Position numbers and translations under genes: made by a program. The notes below the pieces were generated by a model. It searched no databases, was not told where the DNA came from, and saw nothing but the letters and a program-made list of their open reading frames with translations. DNA of 63,155 bases, counting the filler, from an uncultured Synergistales bacterium (GTDB taxonomy: Bacteria > Synergistota > Synergistia > Synergistales > Aminobacteriaceae): the NCBI GenBank assembly GCA_937897575.1. It is 5 parts of 5 records of this genome, joined end to end, with 100 filler letters (N's around TTAATTAATTAA, not from the genome) between each part and the next. Parts side by side here need not be neighbours in the genome. Positions count along the whole stretch, not along the records: positions 37,988 to 59,491 come from CALCQG010000036.1; 4 more parts are not named here. One strand, given 5' to 3'. Below, in pieces: positions 37,988-48,230 of the stretch (position 1 is its first letter; the number at the start of each line of letters is the position of its first letter).

Positions 37988-38913
37988 ATGTAGGGGTAGA
38001 AGAGGAATACGTCGTGGTCGATCATGTTGAGGAACATATCCACATGGAGGTACAGGCCCATGGGGTCCGCGGAGCTCATCCTCGGGTTCTCGAACATCAG
38101 CACGAGGATGTCGGTGATCTCCCCGTCCTCCATGGTCCGTCGGGCGATCTTCTCGATGGACTCGGGGTGTGTCCGGTCGTTCACCCCTATGACGAAGACG
38201 TTCCGGTTGTAGCAGTGGATATTGCCCCCCTCCGCCGGCGTCCTGTCCTCCCGGTCCCGGCCGTACCACACGGGGCGCGCGGCGTCCGCGAGCTGCGGGT
38301 GGTGGGTGAAGATGGCCCGGTAGCACAGGGGCTCCTTCATCCGGTCGCGGTTGGACATCGTGCCGAAGAGCAGGCCCCGGCCGAGCACCACGGCGGGGTC
38401 CCGCGTGTAGAGGATGTTGGACATGGGGAAGAGGCACCAGGGGTCTCCCTTCGCGAGGTCGACGAGGGCGACCTCGTCCGTGCGGCGGGCAAGCTCCTCC
38501 TTGGTCATCCCGAAAAAGATCTGGTCGATGAACCGCTCCGGCGAAAGCCCGTCGAGGTGTTCGCCGAGGACCTCCAACGTTTGGGGCGACAGGTAGTCCC
38601 GCTCCGTCGCGAGGAGTCCGTCCGTTATCTCCCGGCGCGCCTGGGGAACGGCCAGAGTCTCTCGGAGAAGGTCCTCGAAGAGATAGACCCTCGTCCCGAA
38701 ATCCCTCAGGGCGTTCACAAACTTTCTGTGCTCCTCGGCGGCCTTCTTGGGGCTCGGGACGGCGTCCCACGAGAGGCTGCCCACGTTCTTAGGAGTACAG
38801 CGTTCGATGCCCCGCCCCGGCGGCTGCATGACGACCGCCCGGAGCCGTCCGATCTCGGAGTGCACTCTGATATCCACTGATCCGCCGCCCTTCGTTCCGT
38901 TCCCTTCGGCCAT
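37988..38913 (-). CDS. Arginine deiminase-family protein, 3' truncated
   Basis: VHSEIGRLRAV, AAEEHRKF, PMSNILYTRDP, EGGN, RT, LHVDM. Confidence 0.85.
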
Positions 38914-38930
38914 GATCCGCCCCTCCGCCG

Positions 38931-40163
38931 TCACGGGCAGATCAGCCGGGACACCACGCGCAGGAGCACCTCCGCGCCGCGGATCAGCTGGTCGTCCTCC
39001 GTGTGCTCCGCCGGACTGTGGCTGACCCCGCCCCGGCTCGGGACGAAGATCATGGCCGAGCGGCACAGGCGGGCCATCATCTGGGCGTCGTGCCCCGCGC
39101 CGGAGGCCATCCGCCGCGAAGAGAAGCCCTTCTCGGCGGCCGCCTGTTCGATGAGGTCGAGGAGGCCGCCGTCGAAGGACACGGGGTCGAAGCGGACGAG
39201 TTGGTCCATGACGACGGAGACCTCCTCCTCCTCGGCCACCCTCGCGGTGAAGACGGCGATCTTCTCCTCGGCGGCCAGAAGGCAGGCGCGCTCCGGGTCC
39301 CGAAGGTCGACGGTGAAGACGGCCTCCGATGGAACCACGTTGATGCTTCCGGGGCGGAAGGCCATAGTCCCGACGGTCGCCAGGGTCGCCGGCGTGGCCT
39401 TCGCCATCTCCCGAAGGAAGGTCACGATCCGCGCCGCGGCGTGCCCTGCGTCGTGCCGCAGGGCCAGGGGGGTCGTCCCGGCATGGTTGGCCGTGCCACG
39501 GACGGTGATTCGCCACCACCATATGCCCTGCACCCCCTCCACCACCCCTATCTGAACTCCCTCGCCGTCGAGAATGGGCCCCTGCTCCACGTGGAGCTCA
39601 AGGTACTCCCCCGGCGTCGCGATGGGAAGGGGCTCCTCTCCGGCGTACCCGATGCGCTCCAGCTCCGATCCGAGGGAACGGCCTTCGTCGTCCGTCGCGG
39701 CGAGGGCCTCCTCGGCGGAGATCCCTCCCGCAAAGGCCAGGGAGCCCATCATGTCGGGCTGAAAGCGGACTCCCTCTTCGTTGGTGAAGGCCGCCACGAT
39801 AAGGGGCCGTTTCGGCCGGACGCCCTCCGTCAGGAAGGCCCTGGCCACCGCGAGGCCGGAGAGGACGCCGTAGCACCCGTCGAGCGCCCCGGCGTTGGTC
39901 ACCGTGTCGATGTGGGAGCCAACCATGCAGGCGCCGTCCAGACGCCCGTTCTCGCCCGCCAGGATGCCGAAGATGTTCCCGATTCGGTCCACCCGGACAT
40001 CCAGGCCGACCTCCCTCATCCACCGGACGAGCAGGTCGCGGGCCTCCCCGTCCTCGTCGCTCGCCGCGTGGCGCGTCCGGCCGCCCTCGGGGGTCCGGCC
40101 GACGGCGCCCATCTCCCGAAGCTGAGCCAGAAGTTTCCCTTCATCCAGCGACGCTGGTCTCAT
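38931..40163 (-). CDS. M20-family N-carbamoyl-amino acid/beta-ureidopropionase-type amidohydrolase
   Basis: GSHIDTV, GALDG, NEEGVRF, ELHVEQGP, NHAGTTP, SGAGHDA, SHSPAE. Confidence 0.92.
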   Translation of the reverse strand: MRPASLDEGKLLAQLREMGAVGRTPEGGRTRHAASDEDGEARDLLVRWMREVGLDVRVDRIGNIFGILAGENGRLDGACMVGSHIDTVTNAGALDGCYGVLSGLAVARAFLTEGVRPKRPLIVAAFTNEEGVRFQPDMMGSLAFAGGISAEEALAATDDEGRSLGSELERIGYAGEEPLPIATPGEYLELHVEQGPILDGEGVQIGVVEGVQGIWWWRITVRGTANHAGTTPLALRHDAGHAAARIVTFLREMAKATPATLATVGTMAFRPGSINVVPSEAVFTVDLRDPERACLLAAEEKIAVFTARVAEEEEVSVVMDQLVRFDPVSFDGGLLDLIEQAAAEKGFSSRRMASGAGHDAQMMARLCRSAMIFVPSRGGVSHSPAEHTEDDQLIRGAEVLLRVVSRLICP

Positions 40164-40195
40164 TGCGCTCCCCTCCTCCGGAATATCGGACACTC

Positions 40196-40227
40196 AAAAG
40201 GGAAGGCGGGCGTCGCCCGCCTTCCCG
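40196..40227 (-). terminator. Terminator after the AsmA-family gene
   Basis: Minus strand GGGAAGGCGGGCG-A-CGCCCGCCTTCCC-TTTT. Confidence 0.7.
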
Positions 40228-40249
40228 ACGTCTCGCCGCAGCGAGGGAC

Positions 40250-43200
40250 TTATCGCTTGAAGATCGAATCGAGGAGCTTGTCCTTGATGACGTCCTCCGT
40301 CTTCTTCGGCGCAGGCGGTTCCGGAAGGGGCTCGGGCTGAGGCTCGGGATCGGCCTGTGTCGGCTGGACCGACCCCTCCTCGTCCTGAATCGGTCCCTCC
40401 GGTGTCGGAGCCGGCTCCTCCGGCGCCGGGGCAGGCTCCTTCTTCGGAAGACCGAGGGCATCCCCGATGGCGTCGGTGATCTTGTCCTGCACCGTAGGTT
40501 TCGGCGCGGGGACGGCGGGATCCGTCGGCGCTACGGCGGCGGCCGGCGTCTCCTCTTGCTGCGCACCGGGCGCAACCTTCAGGTTCGCCAGAGACGGTTT
40601 TGCCGTGCTGCCGCCCACGGAGAAGGAGACGTCCCGGTAATCGGCCGTTCCGCCGCTCTCCTGGGCGCCGCCCAGGGCCCCCTTCAGGATGCCCTCGAGG
40701 CTCTTGGTGGAAAGCCCGCCGCCGAGGGCGCCCATGGCGCCGCCGGCGATGACGTTCAGCGCCTGGAGGTTGATGCTGCCGGCGCACTGGAGCTTCAGAG
40801 CGCCGTTGGGGCCGACGGGCCCCTCGGCCGTCAGGTATTCGTAGAGCCTGTCGCCTGCATGGGCGTTGACCCGCGTCCCCTTCTCGAGGACGATCTGCTT
40901 CGTCCCGAGGCGGAAGGGCACGACGATATCCGCATACCTGACGCTCGACGAGCCGTAGAGGGCCGTCAGAGCCGTGAGCCCCGTGAACCCGGAGATGGCG
41001 CCCTCACCCACCGTGGCGCTCCCCTTGCCGGAGTAGGCCAGGGGGGACAGGGTTCCCGACAGGTTCGCCGAGCCCGAGGTCAGCCCCGTCACCTTGCCCT
41101 TGAGCCCGCCGGTGTAATCCTGGATGAGCCCGTTGAGGTCCACGCCCTGCACTTCGCCCCGCGCCTGGAATTTCATGGTCCCCAGGTCGATGGTCCCCGA
41201 CCCGCCGCCCGTTCCGCCGTAGAGGGCGAGGGATGCGTCGTTCATGGAGAGGGTGTTGCCCTCCAGGCCGATGGGGGCCTTGAGGTTCGCGCCCTTCAGG
41301 CCGAGCACCGTGAGGGCCGGCGAGGTCAGCGACCCCTTGCCCGACCCTGACGTGCCGGCGAAGCGCCCGGCGAAGGAGAGGTTCATCTTTCCGGAGATGC
41401 CGAGCGCGGCGGCGTCGGGCATGCCCGACGTGAGGGCCGCAAGGTCCAGGTCGTTCCCCGAGAGGTCGACGGTGACATCGGGCGTCGCGCCTCCGGTCCG
41501 AACCTTGCCCGTCGCCGACAGAGCCCCTCCCCCGAACTTCGCCCCGAACTTCTCTATGGCCAGCTCCTTGGGAGTCCCCGAGACGTCGAGGGCAACGTCC
41601 GTCCCCGTCATCCCGGCGACGGAGACCCTGGGCGACGTCCCCTTCACGACGATGGAGGGGTTGGAGAATGTCCCCTTCACAGACGCCGTGGCGTTGGCCG
41701 TTCCGGCAAGCGGCACGCCCAGGCCGCCCGCTGAGGCGAGGGCGGCGAGGTCGGCGTTCGCGATGTCGAAGGCGAGGTCCAACGTGCCCTCCTCGCCCGC
41801 CTTGGAGGCCAGCTTTGCCGTCCCCTTGCCCGAGAGGCTTCCCTTGCCCATCCGGGCGCTCAGGCTCTCGATGGTCACCGTCTGACCGCGTTTTTTGACT
41901 GTGGCGCCCAGGTCGTTCACACCCATGCCCGCCGCGGAGACGGAGGAGGCCCCGACGGTCAGAGCGATATCCGACGCGGCCAGCTTGCCGGGGTCACCGA
42001 TCAGCGACGTCTCCGCCTTCAGGTTCTTTATGGCGACGCCGTCCATGAGGCCCAGGCTCGCCGAGGAGACGGTCAGGTCGATCTTGGGCGACGCCGTCGT
42101 TCCGGTCACCACCGCCTTGGCCGTCGCGGCGCCCTTGATCTTGTACTGCGCTATGTCCGGGTAGAACGAGGCTATGCCGGCCGCCTGGATGTTCTCGAGG
42201 AGGGCCGTGAGGTTGACGGCGCCCCCCTGGTTCGCCGTACCCGAGGCTGAGAGGTTCGCGCCCCGCCACTTCGCGGAGGACTTCGTTATGGCGATCTGCG
42301 TCCCCTTGAGAGAGAATTCGGCCGACGGCGACTCGAACTGCTCCTTCATGGCCGAAACCCTGTCGCTCCAGACCTTTCCCGTTATGGCCGGGGTCGTCGT
42401 CGATCCCTTGATGGACACGTCGACGTTCACCGTGCCGCCCAGGGCGAGGTCCTTCGCCTGGGGGGCCAGCGACGCCGCCTTGGCCAGGTCGAAGGCCCGT
42501 ATGTTCGCCGTGAGGTTCAGCTTCGGCGAGGTCATGTAGTCCCCCACGCTCCCCTGCAGGGTCACCGGAGCGCCCTCGAAGAGGGACTTTCCGCTGACCG
42601 TCGCCGTCCCCGGAGCCACCTTCACCTGGGCCACCGTGGAGGAGAGCGTGTACCCCCGGGCGCCGATCTTCGGAGCGTTGAGCTCGATGGTGCCCTTCAG
42701 GGCGTCGGTCGGGCCCGAGGCCTTGACGGAGAAGCTCTGGACCTCTCCCGAAAGGTCGCCGAGGTTCGGCGAGATCTTTTTGAGCTCCTCCACCTTCATC
42801 CCGGACCCCGAGAGGGCGATGTCCACCACGGGGGCCTTCTCGCCGAAGGCCATGGACATCTGCCCCGTCAAGGGCATGCCGAGCACCTGGGCCGCGAGGT
42901 CCGTCACGGAGAGCTTCTCGGCGGCGTAGGCCCATTTGGCCGCTATGGACTGGACGGGGTAGCCGAGAAGGGCCGTTCCGCCGTAGTTCAGGTCGCCTGC
43001 GAGAAGGGGCGCGTTCCATGCCCCTTCACCCGTGAAGGAGCCCGAGACCGTCCCGTCGAACCCCTCCGACGGGACCACGGGCCAGAAGCCGACGAGCTGC
43101 CCGATGTCCAGATCCTTCAGAGACCCGGAAACGGCGAGCTTCGGCGCGACGGCACCCGAGGCGTTCACGGACCCCTTGCCCACGTTCGCGGACAGGGACC

Positions 43201-43771
43201 GGATGTCCACCGTCGGGCCGTCGAGCAGCACGGACGCCTTGCCCTTCACGGGGACGGCGTTCAGATCCAGGTCCAGGTCGGAGTCGATGGTCTTGCCGGA
43301 GAAGGAAAGCCCGACGCTCCGTATGGCGGCCCTGGCCCACCTGGAGGTCAGAAGGCTGTCCACCAGGCGAAACTCCTCTATCGGGATCTCACCGCTGCCA
43401 CCGCCCTTGAAATCCAGTTTGGCGATCTGCTCCGCCAGCGTATCCACGTCCATCTCCACGCCGCCCACGGAGATGAGGGAGAGCTTCGGCGACGAGAGGA
43501 GGGAGAGCAGGTTGATCTTCGCCTCGATGAAACCGGCGGAGAGCATGTTCTTCCCGTCCTTCGCCAGAGTGACGTTCTCCATGACGTATCCCTTTATCGG
43601 GTTGCCTCGTATGCCGCCCACGGCGAGGTCGGCCCCGAGATACTCCTTCGCGCCCTTCTGCGCCTCGCGGACAACTGTATCGCCCGCAAAGTCCACGCTG
43701 GCGGCGATCAGGAGGACTCCCACCAGCCCCGCGACCAGGGACAGAATCAGCACCATCTTTCTGCTCTTCAT
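40250..43771 (-). CDS. AsmA/TamB-like repeating beta-groove protein
   Basis: 1173 aa, N-terminal membrane anchor, long G/S/A/L/V-rich beta-strand repeats, acidic Pro-rich tail. Confidence 0.8.
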   Translation of the reverse strand: MKSRKMVLILSLVAGLVGVLLIAASVDFAGDTVVREAQKGAKEYLGADLAVGGIRGNPIKGYVMENVTLAKDGKNMLSAGFIEAKINLLSLLSSPKLSLISVGGVEMDVDTLAEQIAKLDFKGGGSGEIPIEEFRLVDSLLTSRWARAAIRSVGLSFSGKTIDSDLDLDLNAVPVKGKASVLLDGPTVDIRSLSANVGKGSVNASGAVAPKLAVSGSLKDLDIGQLVGFWPVVPSEGFDGTVSGSFTGEGAWNAPLLAGDLNYGGTALLGYPVQSIAAKWAYAAEKLSVTDLAAQVLGMPLTGQMSMAFGEKAPVVDIALSGSGMKVEELKKISPNLGDLSGEVQSFSVKASGPTDALKGTIELNAPKIGARGYTLSSTVAQVKVAPGTATVSGKSLFEGAPVTLQGSVGDYMTSPKLNLTANIRAFDLAKAASLAPQAKDLALGGTVNVDVSIKGSTTTPAITGKVWSDRVSAMKEQFESPSAEFSLKGTQIAITKSSAKWRGANLSASGTANQGGAVNLTALLENIQAAGIASFYPDIAQYKIKGAATAKAVVTGTTASPKIDLTVSSASLGLMDGVAIKNLKAETSLIGDPGKLAASDIALTVGASSVSAAGMGVNDLGATVKKRGQTVTIESLSARMGKGSLSGKGTAKLASKAGEEGTLDLAFDIANADLAALASAGGLGVPLAGTANATASVKGTFSNPSIVVKGTSPRVSVAGMTGTDVALDVSGTPKELAIEKFGAKFGGGALSATGKVRTGGATPDVTVDLSGNDLDLAALTSGMPDAAALGISGKMNLSFAGRFAGTSGSGKGSLTSPALTVLGLKGANLKAPIGLEGNTLSMNDASLALYGGTGGGSGTIDLGTMKFQARGEVQGVDLNGLIQDYTGGLKGKVTGLTSGSANLSGTLSPLAYSGKGSATVGEGAISGFTGLTALTALYGSSSVRYADIVVPFRLGTKQIVLEKGTRVNAHAGDRLYEYLTAEGPVGPNGALKLQCAGSINLQALNVIAGGAMGALGGGLSTKSLEGILKGALGGAQESGGTADYRDVSFSVGGSTAKPSLANLKVAPGAQQEETPAAAVAPTDPAVPAPKPTVQDKITDAIGDALGLPKKEPAPAPEEPAPTPEGPIQDEEGSVQPTQADPEPQPEPLPEPPAPKKTEDVIKDKLLDSIFKR

Positions 43772-43870
43772 GCGCTCTTCCTCCTTCTTTCACATTGCCC
43801 GGACGGAGTGTCGTCCTCTTCCGGGCATTTCGTCGAACCCGTCACCGATACCGTTTCAACACGGCGCCCT

Positions 43871-44704
43871 TCAGCACAGGGCGTCGTAGAGCATCCCGTC
43901 CGCGACGAAGACCGCCGGTCCCGACAGGAAGGCCTCCACGCCCTCGCCGCCAGCGGAGAAGCGAAGGTCGACGACGTTCACGCCTCCCGGATTCTGGACC
44001 GTCACCGAGGCCGACGGAGGCACGGGCCCCCGCCGAAGCACATGGGCGATGGCCGAGGCCGCGGAGCCCGTACCGCAGGAGTCCGTCAGGTCCTCCACCC
44101 CCCGTTCGTAGGTCGTCACGGCAATGGCATCGTTGCCCTCCTGCCGGACGAAGTTCACGTTCGCGCCCGAGGGGAAGAGCGCCCCGTCGTACCGCAGCGT
44201 CCGCCCCAGCCGGACCATATCCGCGCGGGACATGTCCGAGTCGGTGAAGACCATGACGTGGGGCACGCCCACGATGAAAAAGGACGTGGGCAGGGATCGC
44301 CCCTCGAGGGGCAGCCCCCGGTCGGTCCACCCGCCGGTCAGGTCGATCCGCCCCATGTCCAGGGTCACGACCGGCGGAGCCACCTTCGCCCGCATGACCC
44401 CCGCAGGCGTCGAGAAGGACTGGTCCGCTCCCGCGATCCCCTTCGTGTGGGCGTACAGGGCGATGCACCGCGCCCCGTTGCCGCACATCTCCCCCTCGCT
44501 GCCGTCGGCGTTGAAGAGGCGCATGGAAAAGTCCGCTTCTCCGCTCGCCTCCACCACCAGAAGCCCGTCGGCCCCGAGGGACTGCCTCCTCCGGCAAGCC
44601 CGGGCGGCAAGAGCCGAAAGAGACTCCGTCGAGGCCCGGAGGCCCCGGTTGTCCACCACGATGAAATCGTTTCCGTTGCCCTGCATCTTGCTGAATGGAA
44701 TCAT
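43871..44704 (-). CDS. dapF: Diaminopimelate epimerase
   Basis: KMQGNGNDF, NADGSEGEMCGNGARC, GVPH, YERGV, SCGTGS. Confidence 0.95.
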   Translation of the reverse strand: MIPFSKMQGNGNDFIVVDNRGLRASTESLSALAARACRRRQSLGADGLLVVEASGEADFSMRLFNADGSEGEMCGNGARCIALYAHTKGIAGADQSFSTPAGVMRAKVAPPVVTLDMGRIDLTGGWTDRGLPLEGRSLPTSFFIVGVPHVMVFTDSDMSRADMVRLGRTLRYDGALFPSGANVNFVRQEGNDAIAVTTYERGVEDLTDSCGTGSAASAIAHVLRRGPVPPSASVTVQNPGGVNVVDLRFSAGGEGVEAFLSGPAVFVADGMLYDALC

Positions 44705-44834
44705 TCTATCCCCTCCACGAACTTCCTCTGTACGCTAGCAAATTTTAGCCCGATGCACAACCGCCATTCCGTCTTTTTTTTGCGAAATCTGGTATATTGA
44801 ATGACTTATAAAGACGCCTCGAGGAGGACCAGAG

Positions 44835-47258
44835 ATGAAAAGGAACGAGTTGATCGACCGCCTGAAGGGAAGCGGGCGGGTCGTGCTTCTGGACGGCGGT
44901 ATGGGAAGCCTGCTCGCGGAGCGGGGGTGGACCCCCCCGTCCCTGCCGGAGGAGATGAACCTGGACCACCCCGGCACGGTGGAGGGCATCCACAGGGCCT
45001 ACTGCGAGGCGGGGGCGGACATCATCGAGACGAACACCTTCGGCGGCAGCGCCCTGAAGCTCGCCTGCCGCGGGCTCGACAGCAAAACCAGGGAGATCAA
45101 CGCCGCCGCCGCCCGGCTCGCGCGGCGTTCCGCCGGACGCGGCGTGCTCGTGGCGGGATCCGTCGGTCCGCTCGGCGACCTGCTCGCCCCCTTCGGCTCC
45201 CTCTCCTTCGACGCCGCCTACGCCGCCTTCCGACCGCAGATGGAGGGCCTCGCCCAAGGCGGGGCGGACTTCTTCCTCATCGAGACCATGATCGACCTTC
45301 GGGAGGCCAAGGCGGCCGTCCTCGCGGCGAAGGACGCCGCACCGGACATGGCCTTCGTCGTGAGCTTCACCTTCGACCGCAACGGACGGACGGTCACCGG
45401 AACGCCCCCGGAGGTCGCCGCACGGTGGGCCTCCCTCGTCGGGGCCGCCGGCGTCGGGGCTAACTGCGGCGTCGGCCCGGAGGCCTATGTGGACACGGTA
45501 CAAAGGCTCTTCGGGAACGGGGACCTCCCCGTCTTCGTCTACGCCAACGCCGGCCTCCCCGGCGACGCGGGGTATCTCTCCCCCGACGAATACGCCCAGT
45601 GGGGTCCCCGCCTCGCCGAGGGCGGCGCCACGGTCCTGGGAGGGTGCTGCGGCACGACGCCCGCCCACATCGCGGCGCTGAGGGCCGCCGCCGGGGACCT
45701 GCCGGCAAAGCGCACCCGACCCGTCGCAGGGACGCCCCTGGCGAGCCGGAGCCGCCTTGTCATCGCCGGACCGGGACACAATTTTTGCGTCATCGGGGAG
45801 CGGATCAACGTCTCACGGCCCTCGCCCCTGCGGGACGAAGTGGCCAGGGGCCTATGGGGCGCCCTTCGCAGCGAGGCGCGTCGACAGACGGAGGCCGGAG
45901 CCCATGTGCTCGACGTCAACGTGGGGCTGCCCACCATCGACCAGTCCGCCGCCATGGCGGCGGCCATCGCGGCCGTCGAACAGTCCTCGCCCCTTCCCAT
46001 CGCCATCGACAGCGACTCCCGCCCCGTCCTCGAGACGGGCCTGGCGGCCGTCACCGGCATCCCCCTCATCAACTCCTTCACGGCGAAGGAGGCCGTGCTC
46101 CGACCAGGGCTCGAACTGGCGAGGCGGCACGGGGCGGCGGCCGTGGTCCTGCCCATCGACGAGGAGGGCATCCCCGAGGACGAGACGCGCAGAGTGGCCG
46201 TGATCCGTGACATCCTCCGCATCGCCGACGATGCGGGCTATCCGAGGTCGGGGCTGCTGATCGACGGCCTGGCCCTCGCCGTGGGCGCGAACCATCTGGG
46301 GCCCGCCGTCACGCTGAGGACCATCTCCTTCCTTCGGGACGAGGGCATCGCCTCGCTGCTGGGCCTGAGCAACATCTCCCACGGGATGCCGGCCCGGCCG
46401 CTCCTGAACCGGACCTATCTCGCCATGGCCGTGGCGGCCGGGTTGTCGGCGGCCATTCTCAACCCCCTCGACGGCGCCATGATGGAGGCCCTCTCCGCCT
46501 CGGAGCTTCTTGCCGCCATGTCCAGATCCATGGCGACAACAGCTCCGGCACCCTCCGAACGGGAGAAAACCGATCCGGCGAGCGAATGCCGCGCTCCGTC
46601 GAAGGAGAACACCCTCCTCGCCTCGGCCATCCTCCAGGGCGATGGAGACCGGGCTCTGGCCACCGGACGGGATATGCTGGACGACGGCGTCCCGCCCCTG
46701 AAGCTCGTCAGTGAGGGCGTCATTCCCGCCCTGGACGAGGTCGGCCGGCAGTACGACAGCGGCGCCTTCTTTCTGCCCCAGCTCATCGCGTCGGCCGAGG
46801 CGGCGCAGAGGGTCTGCGATATGGCCATGGCCCTCGTGGCCGATTCAGGCGGCTCGACCCGCGGGAAGATCCTCCTCGCCACCGTGGAGGGCGACCTGCA
46901 CGACCTGGGGAAGAACGTTGTGGGGACGGTGCTGAGAAGCCACGGATTCTCGGTGACGGACCTCGGCCGCGACGTTCCGACGGCGGCCGTGGTGGACGAG
47001 GCGCGGCGCGGCGGCTATCAGATCGTGGGCCTGTCGGCGCTCATGACGTCGACCATGGTGGCCATGGCGACCACCACGGCGGAGCTCCGCAGAACGCTGC
47101 CGGGCACGCTCGTCATCGTGGGCGGAGCGTCGGTGAACGACGAGTTCGCCCGCTCCATCGGGGCCGACGGGTACGCTCCCGACGCCGTCAGCTCCGTCCG
47201 CCTCGTGGACTCCCTTCTGGCGCGCGGGAGCAGAAACAATAACAAAGAGAGGGACTGA
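44835..47258 (+). CDS. metH: Cobalamin-dependent methionine synthase core (Hcy, pterin and B12 domains; no reactivation domain)
   Basis: LDGGMG, ETNTFG, GANCG, GGCCGT, IGERIN, GLSNISHG, GDLHDLGKN. Confidence 0.9.
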   Translation: MKRNELIDRLKGSGRVVLLDGGMGSLLAERGWTPPSLPEEMNLDHPGTVEGIHRAYCEAGADIIETNTFGGSALKLACRGLDSKTREINAAAARLARRSAGRGVLVAGSVGPLGDLLAPFGSLSFDAAYAAFRPQMEGLAQGGADFFLIETMIDLREAKAAVLAAKDAAPDMAFVVSFTFDRNGRTVTGTPPEVAARWASLVGAAGVGANCGVGPEAYVDTVQRLFGNGDLPVFVYANAGLPGDAGYLSPDEYAQWGPRLAEGGATVLGGCCGTTPAHIAALRAAAGDLPAKRTRPVAGTPLASRSRLVIAGPGHNFCVIGERINVSRPSPLRDEVARGLWGALRSEARRQTEAGAHVLDVNVGLPTIDQSAAMAAAIAAVEQSSPLPIAIDSDSRPVLETGLAAVTGIPLINSFTAKEAVLRPGLELARRHGAAAVVLPIDEEGIPEDETRRVAVIRDILRIADDAGYPRSGLLIDGLALAVGANHLGPAVTLRTISFLRDEGIASLLGLSNISHGMPARPLLNRTYLAMAVAAGLSAAILNPLDGAMMEALSASELLAAMSRSMATTAPAPSEREKTDPASECRAPSKENTLLASAILQGDGDRALATGRDMLDDGVPPLKLVSEGVIPALDEVGRQYDSGAFFLPQLIASAEAAQRVCDMAMALVADSGGSTRGKILLATVEGDLHDLGKNVVGTVLRSHGFSVTDLGRDVPTAAVVDEARRGGYQIVGLSALMTSTMVAMATTTAELRRTLPGTLVIVGGASVNDEFARSIGADGYAPDAVSSVRLVDSLLARGSRNNNKERD

Positions 47259-47262
47259 CACC

Positions 47263-48168
47263 ATGCTCATACGGGATCTTCTTCGCGCCAAACACCCGGT
47301 GGTCTCCTTCGAGATATTTCCCCCGAAACCTGAGACGCCCCTGGAGACCGTCTACCGCGCCATCGACGGGCTGAAGGGCCTTGCACCGGACTTCATCAGC
47401 GTCACCTACGGCGCGGCGGGCAGCAGCCGCGACCGGACCGTCGAGATCGCCTCGGCCGTCCACAACCGCTGGGGTTTCACCGCCCTCGCACATCTGACCT
47501 GCATGGGCTCCACGCCTCCGGAGGTGGAGAAGGTCCTCGAGGATCTGGAGCAGGAGGGCATAACCAACGTCCTCGCCCTCCGGGGGGACCCGCGCCCCGA
47601 GGGCATACCGGCGGACAGCCCCTTCCGGTACGCCTCGGACCTGATCCGTCACGTCCGGCGCGGACACTTCCGGGACTTCTCCCTGGGCGCGGCGGCCTAC
47701 CCCGAGGGGCACCCCCAGAGCCCGACCATCGAGGAGGACATCCTCAATCTGAAGCGGAAACAGGACGAGGGGGCCGACTTCCTGATCACCCAGCTCTTCT
47801 TCGACAACGAGGCCTTCTTCCGCTTCATGGACAAGGTCCGGGGCGTTGGCGTGACGCTGCCCGTGCTCGCCGGCATCATGCCTGTGCTGAACGCCCGGCA
47901 GATCGGCCGGATCGTCTCCCTCTGCGGCGCGTCCATCCCGCCGAAGTTCGCCCGGATCATCTCCCGGTACGAAGAGACGCCCGACGCCCTCGCCGAGGCG
48001 GGGATCGCCTATGCCACGGAGCAGATCGTTGACCTCCTCTCCTGGGGCATCGACGGCATCCACCTCTACACCATGAACCGCCCGGACGTGGCGGCGCGGA
48101 TCATGGGGAGCATCTCGACCCTCCGGTCCACCCTCGTCGCCGGACAGACCGCTCCGACGGAGGGCTAG
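47263..48168 (+). CDS. metF: 5,10-methylenetetrahydrofolate reductase
   Basis: SFEIFPPK, SVTYGAAG, AHLTC, LALRGD, AYPEGH, ITQLFFD, HLYTMN. Confidence 0.96.
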   Translation: MLIRDLLRAKHPVVSFEIFPPKPETPLETVYRAIDGLKGLAPDFISVTYGAAGSSRDRTVEIASAVHNRWGFTALAHLTCMGSTPPEVEKVLEDLEQEGITNVLALRGDPRPEGIPADSPFRYASDLIRHVRRGHFRDFSLGAAAYPEGHPQSPTIEEDILNLKRKQDEGADFLITQLFFDNEAFFRFMDKVRGVGVTLPVLAGIMPVLNARQIGRIVSLCGASIPPKFARIISRYEETPDALAEAGIAYATEQIVDLLSWGIDGIHLYTMNRPDVAARIMGSISTLRSTLVAGQTAPTEG

Positions 48169-48176
48169 CCGCCGAC

Positions 48177-48215
48177 AAAAGGGAGGAGGGGCCGCCGCTG
48201 CGGCCCCTCCTCTTG
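48177..48215. terminator. Terminator between convergent metF and livF
   Basis: GAGGAGGGGCCGC-CGCT-GCGGCCCCTCCTC with flanking A/T. Confidence 0.75.
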
Positions 48216-48230
48216 CATGCGCGCTGTCCG

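Noticed and set aside
44704..44835. SAM riboswitch before metH
   Set aside because: Region too short and lacks S-box core motifs
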